NCBI GenBank assembly: GCA_947599835.1
Contig: CANQFQ010000007.1
Span: forward strand, 2,972 to 66,971
Direction of reading: 5' to 3'
Length of the DNA: 64,000 bases
Source: an uncultured Bacilli bacterium
GTDB lineage: Bacteria > Bacillota_I > Bacilli_A > RFN20 > CAG-631
A program made the translations under genes and the position numbers. The notes under the pieces are model-generated. The model was not told the DNA's origin, ran no database searches, and worked only from the letters and a program-made list of their open reading frames with translations. Positions 48,205-58,349 of this stretch are shown here, piece by piece (position 1 is the stretch's first letter; every line of letters begins with the position of its first letter).

Positions 48205-49398
48205 ATGTACAAGCCTGAACTTCTTGCTCCAGCCGGAGATTTACAACGCTTAAAAATTGCAATCCTATATGGTGCTGATGCCGTTTTTATCGGAGGAAAA
48301 ATATTTTCTTTACGAGCAAAAGCCAACAATTTTACCATTGAAGATATAAAAGAAGGCGTGCTTTTTGCACATCAACACCATGCAAAAGTTTATGTTACAG
48401 TTAATATTATTCCGGAAGAAGAAGATTTTACTGCATTAAATGATTATTTGTTAGCCTTAGATGAAATTCATGTGGATGCTATCATCATATCCTCCATCAC
48501 GGTTTTGTTAATTGCAAAAAATTTACATTGTCATTTTGAAATTCATATGAGTACACAACTTTCTATAACAAATCAAAAAGCAATTCAATTTTACAAAAAT
48601 TTAGGTGCGGATAGAGTCGTTTTGGCAAGGGAACTCAACATTAATCAAATTCGCGAAATGAAGAATGCAACCCATTTTCCAATAGAAGTTTTTATTCATG
48701 GCGGAATGTGTTCTTCTTATTCTGGCCGTTGTAATTTAAGCAATTTTATGTCAAATCGCGATGCAAACAAAGGTGGATGTGCTCATAGTTGTCGGTGGAT
48801 TTATCATCTTTATGATCAACATCAATTATTAGATTCCAACGAATTTACATTGGCTTCGTATGATTTAATGGCAGTCGATTATATCACTCAATTAATGGAT
48901 GCAAAAGTGGATAGTTTTAAAATAGAAGGAAGAATGAAATCTGCTTATTACATTGCTAATGTTGTGCGAATCTATCGACAAATTATTGATAACTATAGCA
49001 TGCATCAAAGTATGACCCAAAAACAACGAAGGCATTTTAAAAAAGAGATACTTAAAACAGAAAATCGTTCTTTATCGGCAGTCTTTTTAAATAAAAATTT
49101 ATTACATGAAGGCATTTTATTGCAAAACGGAAAAGAGCAGCCTAGCCAATCCTTTATCGGATTTGTTTTAACGGATAGTGATTCGAAAAATTATGTGTTA
49201 GTACAGCAAAGAAATTATTTTGAAGTCAATGCCAACATAGAAATTATCGGACCTCATAATTTTCAAAAATCAGGTAAAATTTTAAAAATCTTTGATATGG
49301 ATGGTCAAGTCATCTCCGTTGCTAATCATGCTACACAGCTTTTAAAAGTGAAATTACCATTTAAAGTTGTTGAAAATTCTTTTATCCGATTGAAATAA
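48205..49398 (+). CDS. Peptidase U32 family protein (YrrO/RlhA/TrhP-like)
   Basis: MYKPELLAPAGDLQRLKIAILYGADAVFIGG U32 signature and cysteine-rich core (CSSYSGRCNLS). Confidence 0.8.
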   Translation: MYKPELLAPAGDLQRLKIAILYGADAVFIGGKIFSLRAKANNFTIEDIKEGVLFAHQHHAKVYVTVNIIPEEEDFTALNDYLLALDEIHVDAIIISSITVLLIAKNLHCHFEIHMSTQLSITNQKAIQFYKNLGADRVVLARELNINQIREMKNATHFPIEVFIHGGMCSSYSGRCNLSNFMSNRDANKGGCAHSCRWIYHLYDQHQLLDSNEFTLASYDLMAVDYITQLMDAKVDSFKIEGRMKSAYYIANVVRIYRQIIDNYSMHQSMTQKQRRHFKKEILKTENRSLSAVFLNKNLLHEGILLQNGKEQPSQSFIGFVLTDSDSKNYVLVQQRNYFEVNANIEIIGPHNFQKSGKILKIFDMDGQVISVANHATQLLKVKLPFKVVENSFIRLK

Positions 49399-49400
49399 CT

Positions 49401-49432
49401 AGAATTGAAAATTATTTTCAATTCTTTTTTGT
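49401..49432 (+). terminator. Rho-independent terminator after the U32 pair
   Basis: AGAATTGAAAA-tta-TTTTCAATTCT followed by TTTTTT. Confidence 0.6.
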
Positions 49433-49487
49433 ATTTTTCTTTTTTTAAATTCTATATTTTGCTATAATTACACTCGGTGGTGATTTT

Positions 49488-49766
49488 ATGCAAACCAGAC
49501 AAGAAAGAAACGTTAAAGTGTATCAAAAGGTTGAAGAACTAAACAAAAAATATGCTTTAGATCAAGAAAATCATCCACATCAAGAAAATCAAAAAACGCT
49601 TAGTGCCGTTGATCCTACTTTTTTTTCTAATCAAAAAGAAACAAAAAACGAAAAAACAGCACTTCAAAGGAAGAAAAATTATTCTTTATTCATTCAAATT
49701 CTTTTATTTTTAATCGCTTTAATTGCATTCATTATAGCAATATACTATATCGTAAAGAAAGCATAG
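49488..49766 (+). CDS. Small tail-anchored membrane protein
   Basis: 92 aa with a single C-terminal TM helix. Own TGcTATAAT promoter and GGTGGTGA SD. Confidence 0.5.
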   Translation: MQTRQERNVKVYQKVEELNKKYALDQENHPHQENQKTLSAVDPTFFSNQKETKNEKTALQRKKNYSLFIQILLFLIALIAFIIAIYYIVKKA

Positions 49767-49778
49767 GTAGGTGGTAAC

Positions 49779-50444
49779 ATGAAGTATATTACAATTGCTA
49801 TTGATGGGCCTGGTGCTGCTGGAAAAAGCACGGTAGCTAAAGAAGTTGCTCGTCGGTTAAATTATACCTATATCGATACTGGCGCAATGTATCGTTGTCT
49901 TGCTTTATATGTTTTAGAAAATCAAATCGACTATCAAGATGAAACCAAATTAGTCCAAGCAGTCGATTGTTTAGATATTCAGCTTTCCAACAACGGAAAA
50001 GTTTTTTTAAATAACAAAGATGTCACGCAAAATATTCGTAGTAGTGCTGTCACGAATCTTGTTTCTAGAGTTTCTTCTCCACGTTGTGTTAGAGAAAAAT
50101 TCGTTCGTTTACAACAAGATTTGGCTAAAAATAAACAGGGAGTCGTCATGGATGGTAGAGATATTGGAACCGTTGTTTTGCCTCATGCTGATCTTAAAAT
50201 ATTTCAAGTGGCTTCCTCTTCAGTGAGAGCAAAAAGAAGATACGAAGAAAATTTAACAAAAGGTATTCATACTTCCTTAGATGTTTTGGAAAAAGAAATC
50301 AAAGAAAGAGATTATTTAGATACCAATAAACCTTTTGGTGCTCTTAAAAAAGCACAAGATGCCATTGAATTAGACACTTCGTATTTAACGATTGAAGAAG
50401 TCGTTCAAATCATCTTGAACTATGCAAAGGACTTGATAAAATGA
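49779..50444 (+). CDS. cmk: Cytidylate kinase
   Basis: IAIDGPGAAGKSTVAK P-loop and Cmk-wide similarity. Confidence 0.9.
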   Translation: MKYITIAIDGPGAAGKSTVAKEVARRLNYTYIDTGAMYRCLALYVLENQIDYQDETKLVQAVDCLDIQLSNNGKVFLNNKDVTQNIRSSAVTNLVSRVSSPRCVREKFVRLQQDLAKNKQGVVMDGRDIGTVVLPHADLKIFQVASSSVRAKRRYEENLTKGIHTSLDVLEKEIKERDYLDTNKPFGALKKAQDAIELDTSYLTIEEVVQIILNYAKDLIK

Positions 50445-51751
50445 AAAAAGCTACCGTTGCAATCGTGGGAAAACCTAATGTAGGTAAATCTAGTCTTTTT
50501 AATCGAATTGTTGGTGAACGTAAATCCATTGTTTATGATGAACCTGGTGTGACTCGTGATCGTATTTATGCTACAGCTTCTTGGTTGACTAAAACTTTTA
50601 ATCTTATTGATACGGGTGGAATTGAAATTGAAAATAAACCTTTTCAAGAAAATATCCGCGCACAAGCAGAAATTGCAATAGAAGAAGCCGATGTTATCAT
50701 TTTTATGTGTGATGGCCGGCAAGAAATCACAGATGATGATTTTTTAATTGCAAAAATGCTTAAAAAATGCAAAAAGCCGATTCTACTGGTTGTCAATAAA
50801 ATTGATGATATTACTTTATCTTCAAATGCCTATGACTTTTATCGATTAGGGATTTCAAATGAGATCGTTATTGTTTCTTGCAGTCACGGAATTGGAATTG
50901 GTGATTTACTCGATAAAGTAATTGCTTTATTACCCGAAAACGAAGACGAAAGTTCGGATGACACCATTCGTTTTTGTGTTATTGGCCGACCTAATGTTGG
51001 AAAATCATCTTTAGTCAATGCGTGCTTAAATCAGGAACGTGTTATTGTTTCAAATATTGAAGGAACAACAAGAGATGCGATTGATACCGCCTTTACTAGA
51101 GAAAACCAAAAATTTGTGGTTATTGACACTGCCGGTCTTAAAAAAAGTGGGAAAATATATGAAGCGGTCGATAAATATGCTGCAATTCGAGCTCTTGGCG
51201 CTATCGATCGTAGTGATGTTTGTTTATTAGTTCTTGATGGCGAAGCTGGAATTCGTGAACAAGATAAAAATATTGTGGGTTATGCCTTTGATGAAGGCAA
51301 GGCCATCATTATTGTGGTAAATAAGTGGGATCTAGTCAATAAAACAGAAAAAAGTGTCCAAGAATTCACTGAAAAAATTAGAGCAAACTTTAAATTTTTA
51401 TCCTATTGTCCGATTTTATTTGTAAGTGCTAAAACAAAACAAAGAGTTCATCTATTATTCGATGAAATTCAAAGAGTTTATAATAACGCAAGAAAAAGAA
51501 TTGCGACTAATATTGTCAATGAAATCATTTTAGATGCTTATGCTTATAACCCTACTCCTGATTTTAATGGTGGTCGTTTAAAAATTTATTATGCAAATCA
51601 AGTTTCTACTTGTCCGCCTTTATTTGTTTTATTCGTGAATAATCCAACTTTTATGCACTTTAGTTATCGTAGATACTTAGAAAACCAAATTAGAGAGCGA
51701 ATCGATTTTGAAGGCACACCGATAAAAATTATTTGCAGAGAAAGACAATAA
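50441..51751 (+). CDS. der: Ribosome-biogenesis GTPase Der (EngA), tandem G-domains + KH
   Basis: Two GKPNVGKSS / GRPNVGKSS P-loops and a C-terminal KH-like domain. Confidence 0.9.
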   Translation: MKKATVAIVGKPNVGKSSLFNRIVGERKSIVYDEPGVTRDRIYATASWLTKTFNLIDTGGIEIENKPFQENIRAQAEIAIEEADVIIFMCDGRQEITDDDFLIAKMLKKCKKPILLVVNKIDDITLSSNAYDFYRLGISNEIVIVSCSHGIGIGDLLDKVIALLPENEDESSDDTIRFCVIGRPNVGKSSLVNACLNQERVIVSNIEGTTRDAIDTAFTRENQKFVVIDTAGLKKSGKIYEAVDKYAAIRALGAIDRSDVCLLVLDGEAGIREQDKNIVGYAFDEGKAIIIVVNKWDLVNKTEKSVQEFTEKIRANFKFLSYCPILFVSAKTKQRVHLLFDEIQRVYNNARKRIATNIVNEIILDAYAYNPTPDFNGGRLKIYYANQVSTCPPLFVLFVNNPTFMHFSYRRYLENQIRERIDFEGTPIKIICRERQ

Positions 51752-51765
51752 AATAATATTAAAAC

Positions 51766-51802
51766 AACCTCCTCATTCATATAATAAAATAGGAGGTTTT
51801 TT
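51766..51802 (+). terminator. Hairpin after der whose 3' arm is the SD of the next ORF
   Basis: AACCTCCT-N17-AGGAGGTT followed by TTTT and then the ATG at 51803. Confidence 0.5.
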
Positions 51803-52042
51803 ATGAATAATAATTTATTTAAAAAAGTCGAATCCAAAACCAACGTAAAAAAAGCAGATATATTATCGCTTGCAAAATCCATACAAAATAAAGATATGAG
51901 TAACGAAAATAATTTAAGAGAACTCATACATAATATTGCCCAAATGGCCGGAAAAGATGTAGATAAAGAAAAAGAAGATAAAATTATCAATGCAGTAAAA
52001 AACAATCAGATTAATGATCAAATCAAAAAAATGAACAATTAA
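51803..52042 (+). CDS. Small SpoVIF-like protein
   Basis: 79 aa with a perfect AGGAGG SD. Recalled pattern FKK.E.KT.VK..DI..LA.S....D...E..LRELI..I...A...V.KEKED resembles the SpoVIF family. Confidence 0.4.
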   Translation: MNNNLFKKVESKTNVKKADILSLAKSIQNKDMSNENNLRELIHNIAQMAGKDVDKEKEDKIINAVKNNQINDQIKKMNN

Positions 52043-52088
52043 TATTTTAAATGCTTATGATAATGCTATAATAAAATATAGAAAGGAA

Positions 52089-52406
52089 ATGCTTATGGAA
52101 CAAATAAAAACGAAAGAAGAATTAGATGCTTTAACCAACGAAAATCAAAATGTTGTAATCGATTTCTTTGCCCAATGGTGTGGACCTTGTAAAATGCTTT
52201 CTCCGATTATTGAAAATGTTGCCACTTCAACAGAAAATGTAAAATTCGTGAAAGTGGATGTGGATGAAGCACAAGAACTTGCTAGTATGTATAGTATTTT
52301 TTCTATTCCTACTGTTGTTTATATTAAAGAAAAGAAAATGCAAAAAAAAGAAGTTGGTTTCAAGACAAAAGAACAAATTTTAGCAAATATTGAAAGATTA
52401 TTCTAA
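52089..52406 (+). CDS. trxA: Thioredoxin
   Basis: WCGPCK active site; 105 aa. Confidence 0.9.
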   Translation: MLMEQIKTKEELDALTNENQNVVIDFFAQWCGPCKMLSPIIENVATSTENVKFVKVDVDEAQELASMYSIFSIPTVVYIKEKKMQKKEVGFKTKEQILANIERLF

Positions 52407-52490
52407 GTTTTAATTAAAACTATATTTAGAAGAATGTTATATCAAAAATTCTAAATCTATCATAGAAAAGCGTTACTAAATGTTCGTTTA

Positions 52491-52525
52491 ACCCGGTTGA
52501 ATTTTCTATCCAATCGGGTTTTTAC
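52491..52525 (+). terminator. Terminator after trxA
   Basis: ACCCGGTTG ... CAATCGGGT stem followed by TTTTT. Confidence 0.55.
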
Positions 52526-52548
52526 ATCTCAAGCTCGTTATACAAAAA

Positions 52549-52590
52549 AACACCTCTTTTCTTACTTTTTATAAGAAAGAGGTGTATTTT
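52549..52590. terminator. Bidirectional terminator downstream of the chorismate-mutase-like ORF
   Basis: ACACCTCTTTCTTA / TAAGAAAGAGGTGT 14-bp stem flanked by A7 and T-runs. Confidence 0.55.
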
Positions 52591-52850
52591 TATTTGTTTT
52601 GGTATTTTTTTGAGAGTTCTAAATATTTATCTAACAATTCACTATATAAGTCCTTTAATTTTGCATCTTTTATTTTTGATACCAAAATTTCTTTTTTTTG
52701 TGCTTCTATCTGCTTATTTTCTATCGATAGATTTTCACTTTTTTTAATTTGCTTTATCTTAGCAACTAACTGCATTCTACTTTCAAACAATTGAAGAATT
52801 TCTTCATCAATAGCTTGAATTTGTTTCCTAAGTTCATTTAATTCTTTCAT
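52590..52850 (-). CDS. AroQ-class chorismate mutase-like small protein
   Basis: All-helical 86 aa. LNELRKQIQAIDEEILQLFESRMQLVAKIKQIKK aligns with the CM_2 N-terminus (L.ELR..ID.ID..LL.LL.ER..L...IG..K), with R/R/K/E positions conserved. The start ATG overlaps the upstream lipoprotein stop (ATGA). Confidence 0.5.
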   Translation of the reverse strand: MKELNELRKQIQAIDEEILQLFESRMQLVAKIKQIKKSENLSIENKQIEAQKKEILVSKIKDAKLKDLYSELLDKYLELSKKYQNK

Positions 52851-54844
52851 TGCGGTTTCGTTGTTACAATCAATGTGTTAGGTAATGGTCTACTATTTAG
52901 TCCTCCTATCAAAACTAAATTTCCGCTTCCATTATAACCATCATCATAAACAATTCCTGTCGAACCCCCCCCGTCAAGATTGAAAGCATATTTACATCCT
53001 TGATACAACATAAAGTCTGCCACTTCTTTAATTTGCATGGTATTATTGGTTGATGTTGTAAAAATAAAGAGTCGGCCATCATTTAAAATACCAATAGCTG
53101 TACGGGCGGCTAATCCTTGTGCTTGATTTGTTGTTTCTTGCGTTACTGTACTTACGACTTTGAAATCACGCACTAGCTCATGACGTCCACCAATGATCAC
53201 TTTCATATTATCCAAAGCATCATTGCCAACACAATCTACACGACCTACACGAACAACATTTCCTTCTTTAAAACTATAAGCAAGATTATTGTAATATGGA
53301 CATGCAATCGCTACTTGATTATCTTGTAATGTTAGCGTTCCAGTATAATTAGTTTTGATTTCTCTAATCACACCATCAAAAGGAAAATTAATGTTTCCAA
53401 CACCATTATCATACTTATCAATTTTTTCTAAAATAGCAACCGTTTTACTATTAATCGTTTTTCCTGAAACCGTATAAACTTGAATGTTATTAGGCTTATT
53501 AGCACCTAAATATGCATCAGCAATTAATGAATCATTAATAGAATCAATTGCTACGGATGTCACATAAGCTACACCTTTTGCATCATAAACTTCAATTAAA
53601 TTTCTCAATTCAATATAATCGGTTGCGCTTTTCATACTATATGTAATAATAGGAACATTATTATAAGAAATACCTAATATCATCATATTGGATTTTAAAC
53701 TTTCAAAAGAAGCCGGCTTAGCATTGATTACAACACCATCTTTGACAAAAGCGTTGTTTGCGGCAGTAACGTTTGTGGTTGTGTTCCAACCAAAGAAATC
53801 AGCGTTCGTTCCAGCCAAAACTTTTTGTCCTTTAGTTGCTGCATCTTCGTAAGATTGAAGTTGCGTCTTTAAAACTTTACCCACATAGGCTGGTTGTGCG
53901 CTATAGGTATTGTTTGGTGTTCCAATTTCAATGTTTGCTTTAGATAAATCCACAATTAAAGCTCTAGATGTTAAAGTGACACCTCTAGTCATTGGTAACG
54001 TATAGGTGTGCATTTGAACGCCATCACCCACATTGGTAACTACATCTTTATAACTGTCATTTACATAAAAAAAATTATTGTTTTGCTTTGTCCATGTACT
54101 TGTAGCAAATGCTGCTGAAGTAGGTAATGAGGATAAATGCGCTTGCTCTACTATAACAGCACAAGTCGCCGTAAGATTGTTTGATGCCGTCGCAATAATA
54201 TTTGCTGTTCCACTTCTTTTTGCCGTAACAAGCCCTTCATTGGAAACAGAAGCAACTTCGCTATTATCGCTCGACCATGAAATCGAGGTATCGCTAGCAT
54301 CAGAAGGTTCTACTCTTGCATTTAGTTCAACCGTATATCCGGTTTTTAAAGTTACTTTGGTTTGACTTAAACTTACTGATGTAACTGAAACCGGAACGAC
54401 CTTAAATAAGATACTATCTTGAATTTGTTCATTTTCTTTTGACTTTACCGAAATTGTCGTTTCGCCTATTGTTTTAATATAGACAACACCCATATTTACT
54501 GTTGCCACTTCGATGTTAGAAGATGACCATGACACCTTTTTATTCGTTGCATTTGATGGTAAAACCGTTGCACTTAAAGTATAACTACTTTCTTGGATTG
54601 AAACTTCAATAGGTCCCGTTTGATCAATATTCACACTCGTTACAGAAACATTCGTATCGGATGAACTACTAGAACTAGAAGAACTTGAAGATTCATCAAC
54701 CCCAGATGAAGTACTGCTTGTACTTGAAGTTGAAGATAAAGAACTATCAATCGTTGAAGAAAAAGAAGAGTCGCTTGCTGCCGTTTCGCCATTACATCCA
54801 ACTAAAAATAGTGTTAAAACAAGTAATGATGCCACTTTTTTCAT
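52847..54844 (-). CDS. Lipoprotein with Ser-rich linker, Big_2 Ig-like repeats and phosphodiester-glycosidase (NAGPA/DUF2233) domain
   Basis: Lipobox LVGC, a poly-Ser tract, two VxVxxxxxTLxVGxxxxLxAxVxPxxA-type Big_2 repeats, and a C-terminal NLDGGGSTG motif typical of the phosphodiester glycosidase family. AGGAG SD. Confidence 0.65.
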   Translation of the reverse strand: MKKVASLLVLTLFLVGCNGETAASDSSFSSTIDSSLSSTSSTSSTSSGVDESSSSSSSSSSSDTNVSVTSVNIDQTGPIEVSIQESSYTLSATVLPSNATNKKVSWSSSNIEVATVNMGVVYIKTIGETTISVKSKENEQIQDSILFKVVPVSVTSVSLSQTKVTLKTGYTVELNARVEPSDASDTSISWSSDNSEVASVSNEGLVTAKRSGTANIIATASNNLTATCAVIVEQAHLSSLPTSAAFATSTWTKQNNNFFYVNDSYKDVVTNVGDGVQMHTYTLPMTRGVTLTSRALIVDLSKANIEIGTPNNTYSAQPAYVGKVLKTQLQSYEDAATKGQKVLAGTNADFFGWNTTTNVTAANNAFVKDGVVINAKPASFESLKSNMMILGISYNNVPIITYSMKSATDYIELRNLIEVYDAKGVAYVTSVAIDSINDSLIADAYLGANKPNNIQVYTVSGKTINSKTVAILEKIDKYDNGVGNINFPFDGVIREIKTNYTGTLTLQDNQVAIACPYYNNLAYSFKEGNVVRVGRVDCVGNDALDNMKVIIGGRHELVRDFKVVSTVTQETTNQAQGLAARTAIGILNDGRLFIFTTSTNNTMQIKEVADFMLYQGCKYAFNLDGGGSTGIVYDDGYNGSGNLVLIGGLNSRPLPNTLIVTTKPQ

Positions 54845-55001
54845 AATGTGTTTTTCTCCTTTGTAAAGACTATGTCTTTACATAAAATTATACCAAGTTT
54901 TATATGAAAATAAAAGTTATTTTAAAAGAAAGTAAAGAATAGATGAAAGAAAAAATCATAAATGATATAATATTGATGAAATCATGGAAAAGAGTGATAA
55001 A

Positions 55002-56018
55002 ATGGTTTTATCTATCGACACATTTCAACATAAAAGCTCTTATTATATTCAAAAAAATATCTTAAATGAGGTATATAAATATTGTAAATCTTTTCATCAA
55101 ATTATCGTTGTCAGCGATGATGGTGTTCCTTTTAGTTATATGGAAACACTAATAAAAAATTTAAAAAACGCTTCTTATTATATTTTTCCACACGGAGAAA
55201 AAAACAAATCGCCAAAAACCGTTACAAAACTTCTCGATTTTTTATTACAAAAAGAAATGAATCGGGATGATTTGATTATTGCTTTAGGAGGTGGCGTTGT
55301 TCTGGATCTTGTTGGTTTTGTTGCTTCTATCTTTAAAAGAGGAATTTCATATTATGCTATTCCGACAACTTTACTTGCACAAGTAGATTGTTGCATTGGA
55401 GGAAAAACGGCAATTGATTATCAACAAATTAAAAATGCAATAGGCAGTTTTTATGTACCAAATAAAATTTTTATTGATTCTAACGTATTAAATACTTTAA
55501 CTAAAAGGCAATTTAACAATGGCTTATTTGAAATTATTAAAATGGGGTTAATTTATGATGCATCTTTATTTAATTTAATTGCTGAGAAAAACATTATACA
55601 AAACATCGATTCCATCATTGAAAAAGCTATCAAAGATAAAATAGATATTGTAAAAAAAGATCCTTTTGACCGAAATATAAGGCAAATTTTAAATTATGGG
55701 CACACCCTTGGTCATGCGCTTGAAAGTTATTATCATTTCAAACATCTTCTCCATGGAGAAGCTATTGCTTATGGAATGCTATTAGAAACAAAACAAAAAG
55801 ATATTCAACAAAAGCTTTGTCGTATTTATAAGAAAATTCATTTCCGTTTGCACAAAGAAATTGACTCTAAGCAAGTATTAAATTTTATTAAAAATGATAA
55901 AAAAATTTCCGGTAAATACATTGTTTTACCAATCATAAAAGAAATTGGAAAATGTGAATTAATAAAAATAACCCTCGACGATTTTATAAATTCATTAGGA
56001 GGTCATCATTATGAGTAG
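55002..56018 (+). CDS. aroB: 3-dehydroquinate synthase
   Basis: GGGVVLDLVGFVAS ... and metal-binding H..H motifs (HTLGHALE, HGEAIAYG). AAGAGTGA SD before the ATG at 55002. Confidence 0.85.
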   Translation: MVLSIDTFQHKSSYYIQKNILNEVYKYCKSFHQIIVVSDDGVPFSYMETLIKNLKNASYYIFPHGEKNKSPKTVTKLLDFLLQKEMNRDDLIIALGGGVVLDLVGFVASIFKRGISYYAIPTTLLAQVDCCIGGKTAIDYQQIKNAIGSFYVPNKIFIDSNVLNTLTKRQFNNGLFEIIKMGLIYDASLFNLIAEKNIIQNIDSIIEKAIKDKIDIVKKDPFDRNIRQILNYGHTLGHALESYYHFKHLLHGEAIAYGMLLETKQKDIQQKLCRIYKKIHFRLHKEIDSKQVLNFIKNDKKISGKYIVLPIIKEIGKCELIKITLDDFINSLGGHHYE

Positions 56019-57099
56019 CACATTTAAAAATAATTTAACGCTTTCTGTATTTGGCGAATCTCATCAACCTACCATGGGAATTGTTGTAGAAGGTTTACCT
56101 GTTGGATTTTGTATTGACACCGACTTTATTGACAAAGAATTGCAACGTAGGCGCCCACAATCTCAATTATCTACAGATAGAATAGAACACGATGAATATG
56201 AATTTATTAGTGGCTATTTTAATCAAAAGACAACAGGAGCTCCTTTATGTATCTTAGTAAAAAATAAAAATTATCAAAGCAATGATTATCAACCCGGCAT
56301 CGTTCGCCCTTCTCATGCCGATTACACAGCATATATGAAATATCATGGTCAAAATGATTATCGGGGAGGCGGACATCTTAGTGGACGCTTAACCGTTCTC
56401 TATGTGATTGTGGGTGCAATTTGTAAACAATTATTAATTAAAAAAGGAATTCAAATTGCAGCACATATAAAGCAAATTCAAAATATCAAAGATGATGATT
56501 TTGATTCCAATCAACTAATAAAGCAAATTACATTCTTGAATCAACAATCTTTTCCACTTTTAAATATGAAAACAAAAAAGAAAATGGAAAATCTCATTCT
56601 AAGTACCGCAAAAAACAATGATTCTATCGGAGGAATCATTGAAACTATGGTTTATCCAATGCCTTTTTTTATTGGAGAACCCGTTTTTGATTCTGTAGAA
56701 AGCCAAATTTCTCGTTTCGTTTTTGCGATTCCTGCCGTTAAAGGAATTAGTTTTGGCTTAGGATTTGATTATGTCAATGAAACAGGAAAAACCGCCAACG
56801 ATCTTTGGACGATTCAAAATCATCAGATGATGACCAAAACCAATCACGATGGAGGAATCAATGGAGGAATTAGTAATGGTATGCCTATTCTTTTTTCTAC
56901 CATTATCAAACCGACGCCATCAATCAAACAACCGCAAAATACCATCAATATGATTACCGGAGAAAATACAACCATAAATCTTCAAGGACATCATGATCCT
57001 GCGATTGTTTCAAGATGTGCTGTTGTGATTGAATCTATGACTGCGATTGCTTTATTAGATTTACTTCTTCAACAAGAAGGAACTGGGTGGCTCGCATGA
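56011..57099 (+). CDS. aroC: Chorismate synthase
   Basis: LSVFGESHQPTMGIVVEGLPVG N-terminus and the GGGHLSGR motif. Confidence 0.9.
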   Translation: MSSTFKNNLTLSVFGESHQPTMGIVVEGLPVGFCIDTDFIDKELQRRRPQSQLSTDRIEHDEYEFISGYFNQKTTGAPLCILVKNKNYQSNDYQPGIVRPSHADYTAYMKYHGQNDYRGGGHLSGRLTVLYVIVGAICKQLLIKKGIQIAAHIKQIQNIKDDDFDSNQLIKQITFLNQQSFPLLNMKTKKKMENLILSTAKNNDSIGGIIETMVYPMPFFIGEPVFDSVESQISRFVFAIPAVKGISFGLGFDYVNETGKTANDLWTIQNHQMMTKTNHDGGINGGISNGMPILFSTIIKPTPSIKQPQNTINMITGENTTINLQGHHDPAIVSRCAVVIESMTAIALLDLLLQQEGTGWLA

Positions 57100-58349
57100 A
57101 TTACGGATTAATCGGAAAAAATGTCGCTCATTCTTTTTCAAAAATGATTCATGAGCATTTATCCAACATTACTTATGAATGTCTTTCTTTAAATGAAGCT
57201 TCTTTTATTCACTTGTTAGAAACCAAAAATTTTTCTGGCATTAACGTCACGATGCCCTATAAAGAAATCGCACTGCCTTATCTTGATGAACTATCTCCAA
57301 TCGTTCAAAAAACAGGTTCTTTAAACACGATTATTCATAAAAACAATCGACTATATGGATATAATACTGATTATCACGGATTTATGTTTTTATTAAACTA
57401 TTATCAAATTAATGTCAAAGATAAAATCGTTGCAATTTTAGGAACGGGTGGAACAGCAAAAACCATTAAAACAATAATGGAAACTCTAAAATGTAAAAAA
57501 GTATATTTGGTTTCTAGAGATAAAAAAAAGCCTTATATTTCCTATGAAAAATTACATTCTTTGAAAAATCTTGACATCCTTATCAATGCAACTCCAAACG
57601 GAATGATCGATCATGAAGATCTTTTTCTGGTTGATTTAGATGCCTTTATCAACTTAACTTGGGTCATTGATGTTATTTATAATCCATTAAGAACTTCTCT
57701 AATTTTAGAAGCTCAAAAAAGAAAAATTCAAACCGCTACCGGTTTATTAATGCTCGTTGCTCAGGCCTGTTATGCTCAAGCACTTTTTTTTGATAAAAAG
57801 TTTACAACTCAAGAAATCATTGAAACATACCAAAAACTCTATTTTTCTTTAATTAATATAGTTTTGATTGGAATGCCAGGCTCTGGCAAAACCACCATTG
57901 CGAATGCATTAAATCATTTTAATAAAATAAACATTTCAACAGATGATGAAATTGAGAAACTTGAAAATATGACAATTAATGATATTTTTAAAAATTATGG
58001 TGAGGCCTATTTTCGAAAAAAAGAAACGGAGATCATCAAAAAATATAGTGTTTTATTCAATCAAATTATTGCCACAGGTGGTGGGGTTGTTTTGGATGCT
58101 CAAAACATTGCATTATTAAAACATAACGGAATCATCATCTTAATTCAACGTGGAATAGATAAAATAACTTTGAATAATCAACGACCTTTAGCCAAAAATT
58201 ATGAAGAGTTAAAAAAACTATACGAAACACGAATAAATTTGTATAATCAATATAGTGAACTCGTTATTGATAATAATTTATCAATAAAAAAAGCAATTCA
58301 AAGAATTGAGGAATTAATTTATGAAAGTCTTAGTATTAAACGGACCTAA
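57096..58349 (+). CDS. aroE: Bifunctional shikimate dehydrogenase / shikimate kinase (AroE::AroK fusion)
   Basis: N-terminal YGLIGKNVAHSFSKMIH (AroE substrate-binding motif) and GTGGTAK Rossmann motif. The C-terminal ~150 aa hold IVLIGMPGSGKTTIANAL (P-loop) and ATGGGVV, typical of shikimate kinase. It is a single ORF. Confidence 0.8.
   Translation: MNYGLIGKNVAHSFSKMIHEHLSNITYECLSLNEASFIHLLETKNFSGINVTMPYKEIALPYLDELSPIVQKTGSLNTIIHKNNRLYGYNTDYHGFMFLLNYYQINVKDKIVAILGTGGTAKTIKTIMETLKCKKVYLVSRDKKKPYISYEKLHSLKNLDILINATPNGMIDHEDLFLVDLDAFINLTWVIDVIYNPLRTSLILEAQKRKIQTATGLLMLVAQACYAQALFFDKKFTTQEIIETYQKLYFSLINIVLIGMPGSGKTTIANALNHFNKINISTDDEIEKLENMTINDIFKNYGEAYFRKKETEIIKKYSVLFNQIIATGGGVVLDAQNIALLKHNGIIILIQRGIDKITLNNQRPLAKNYEELKKLYETRINLYNQYSELVIDNNLSIKKAIQRIEELIYESLSIKRT

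Noticed and set aside
54845-55001. T-box or other leader RNA upstream of the aro operon
   Set aside because: The likely -10 (TATAAT at 54965-54970) leaves only a ~30-nt leader before the aroB SD. That is too short for a T-box or attenuator, and no specifier or T-box sequence is seen.
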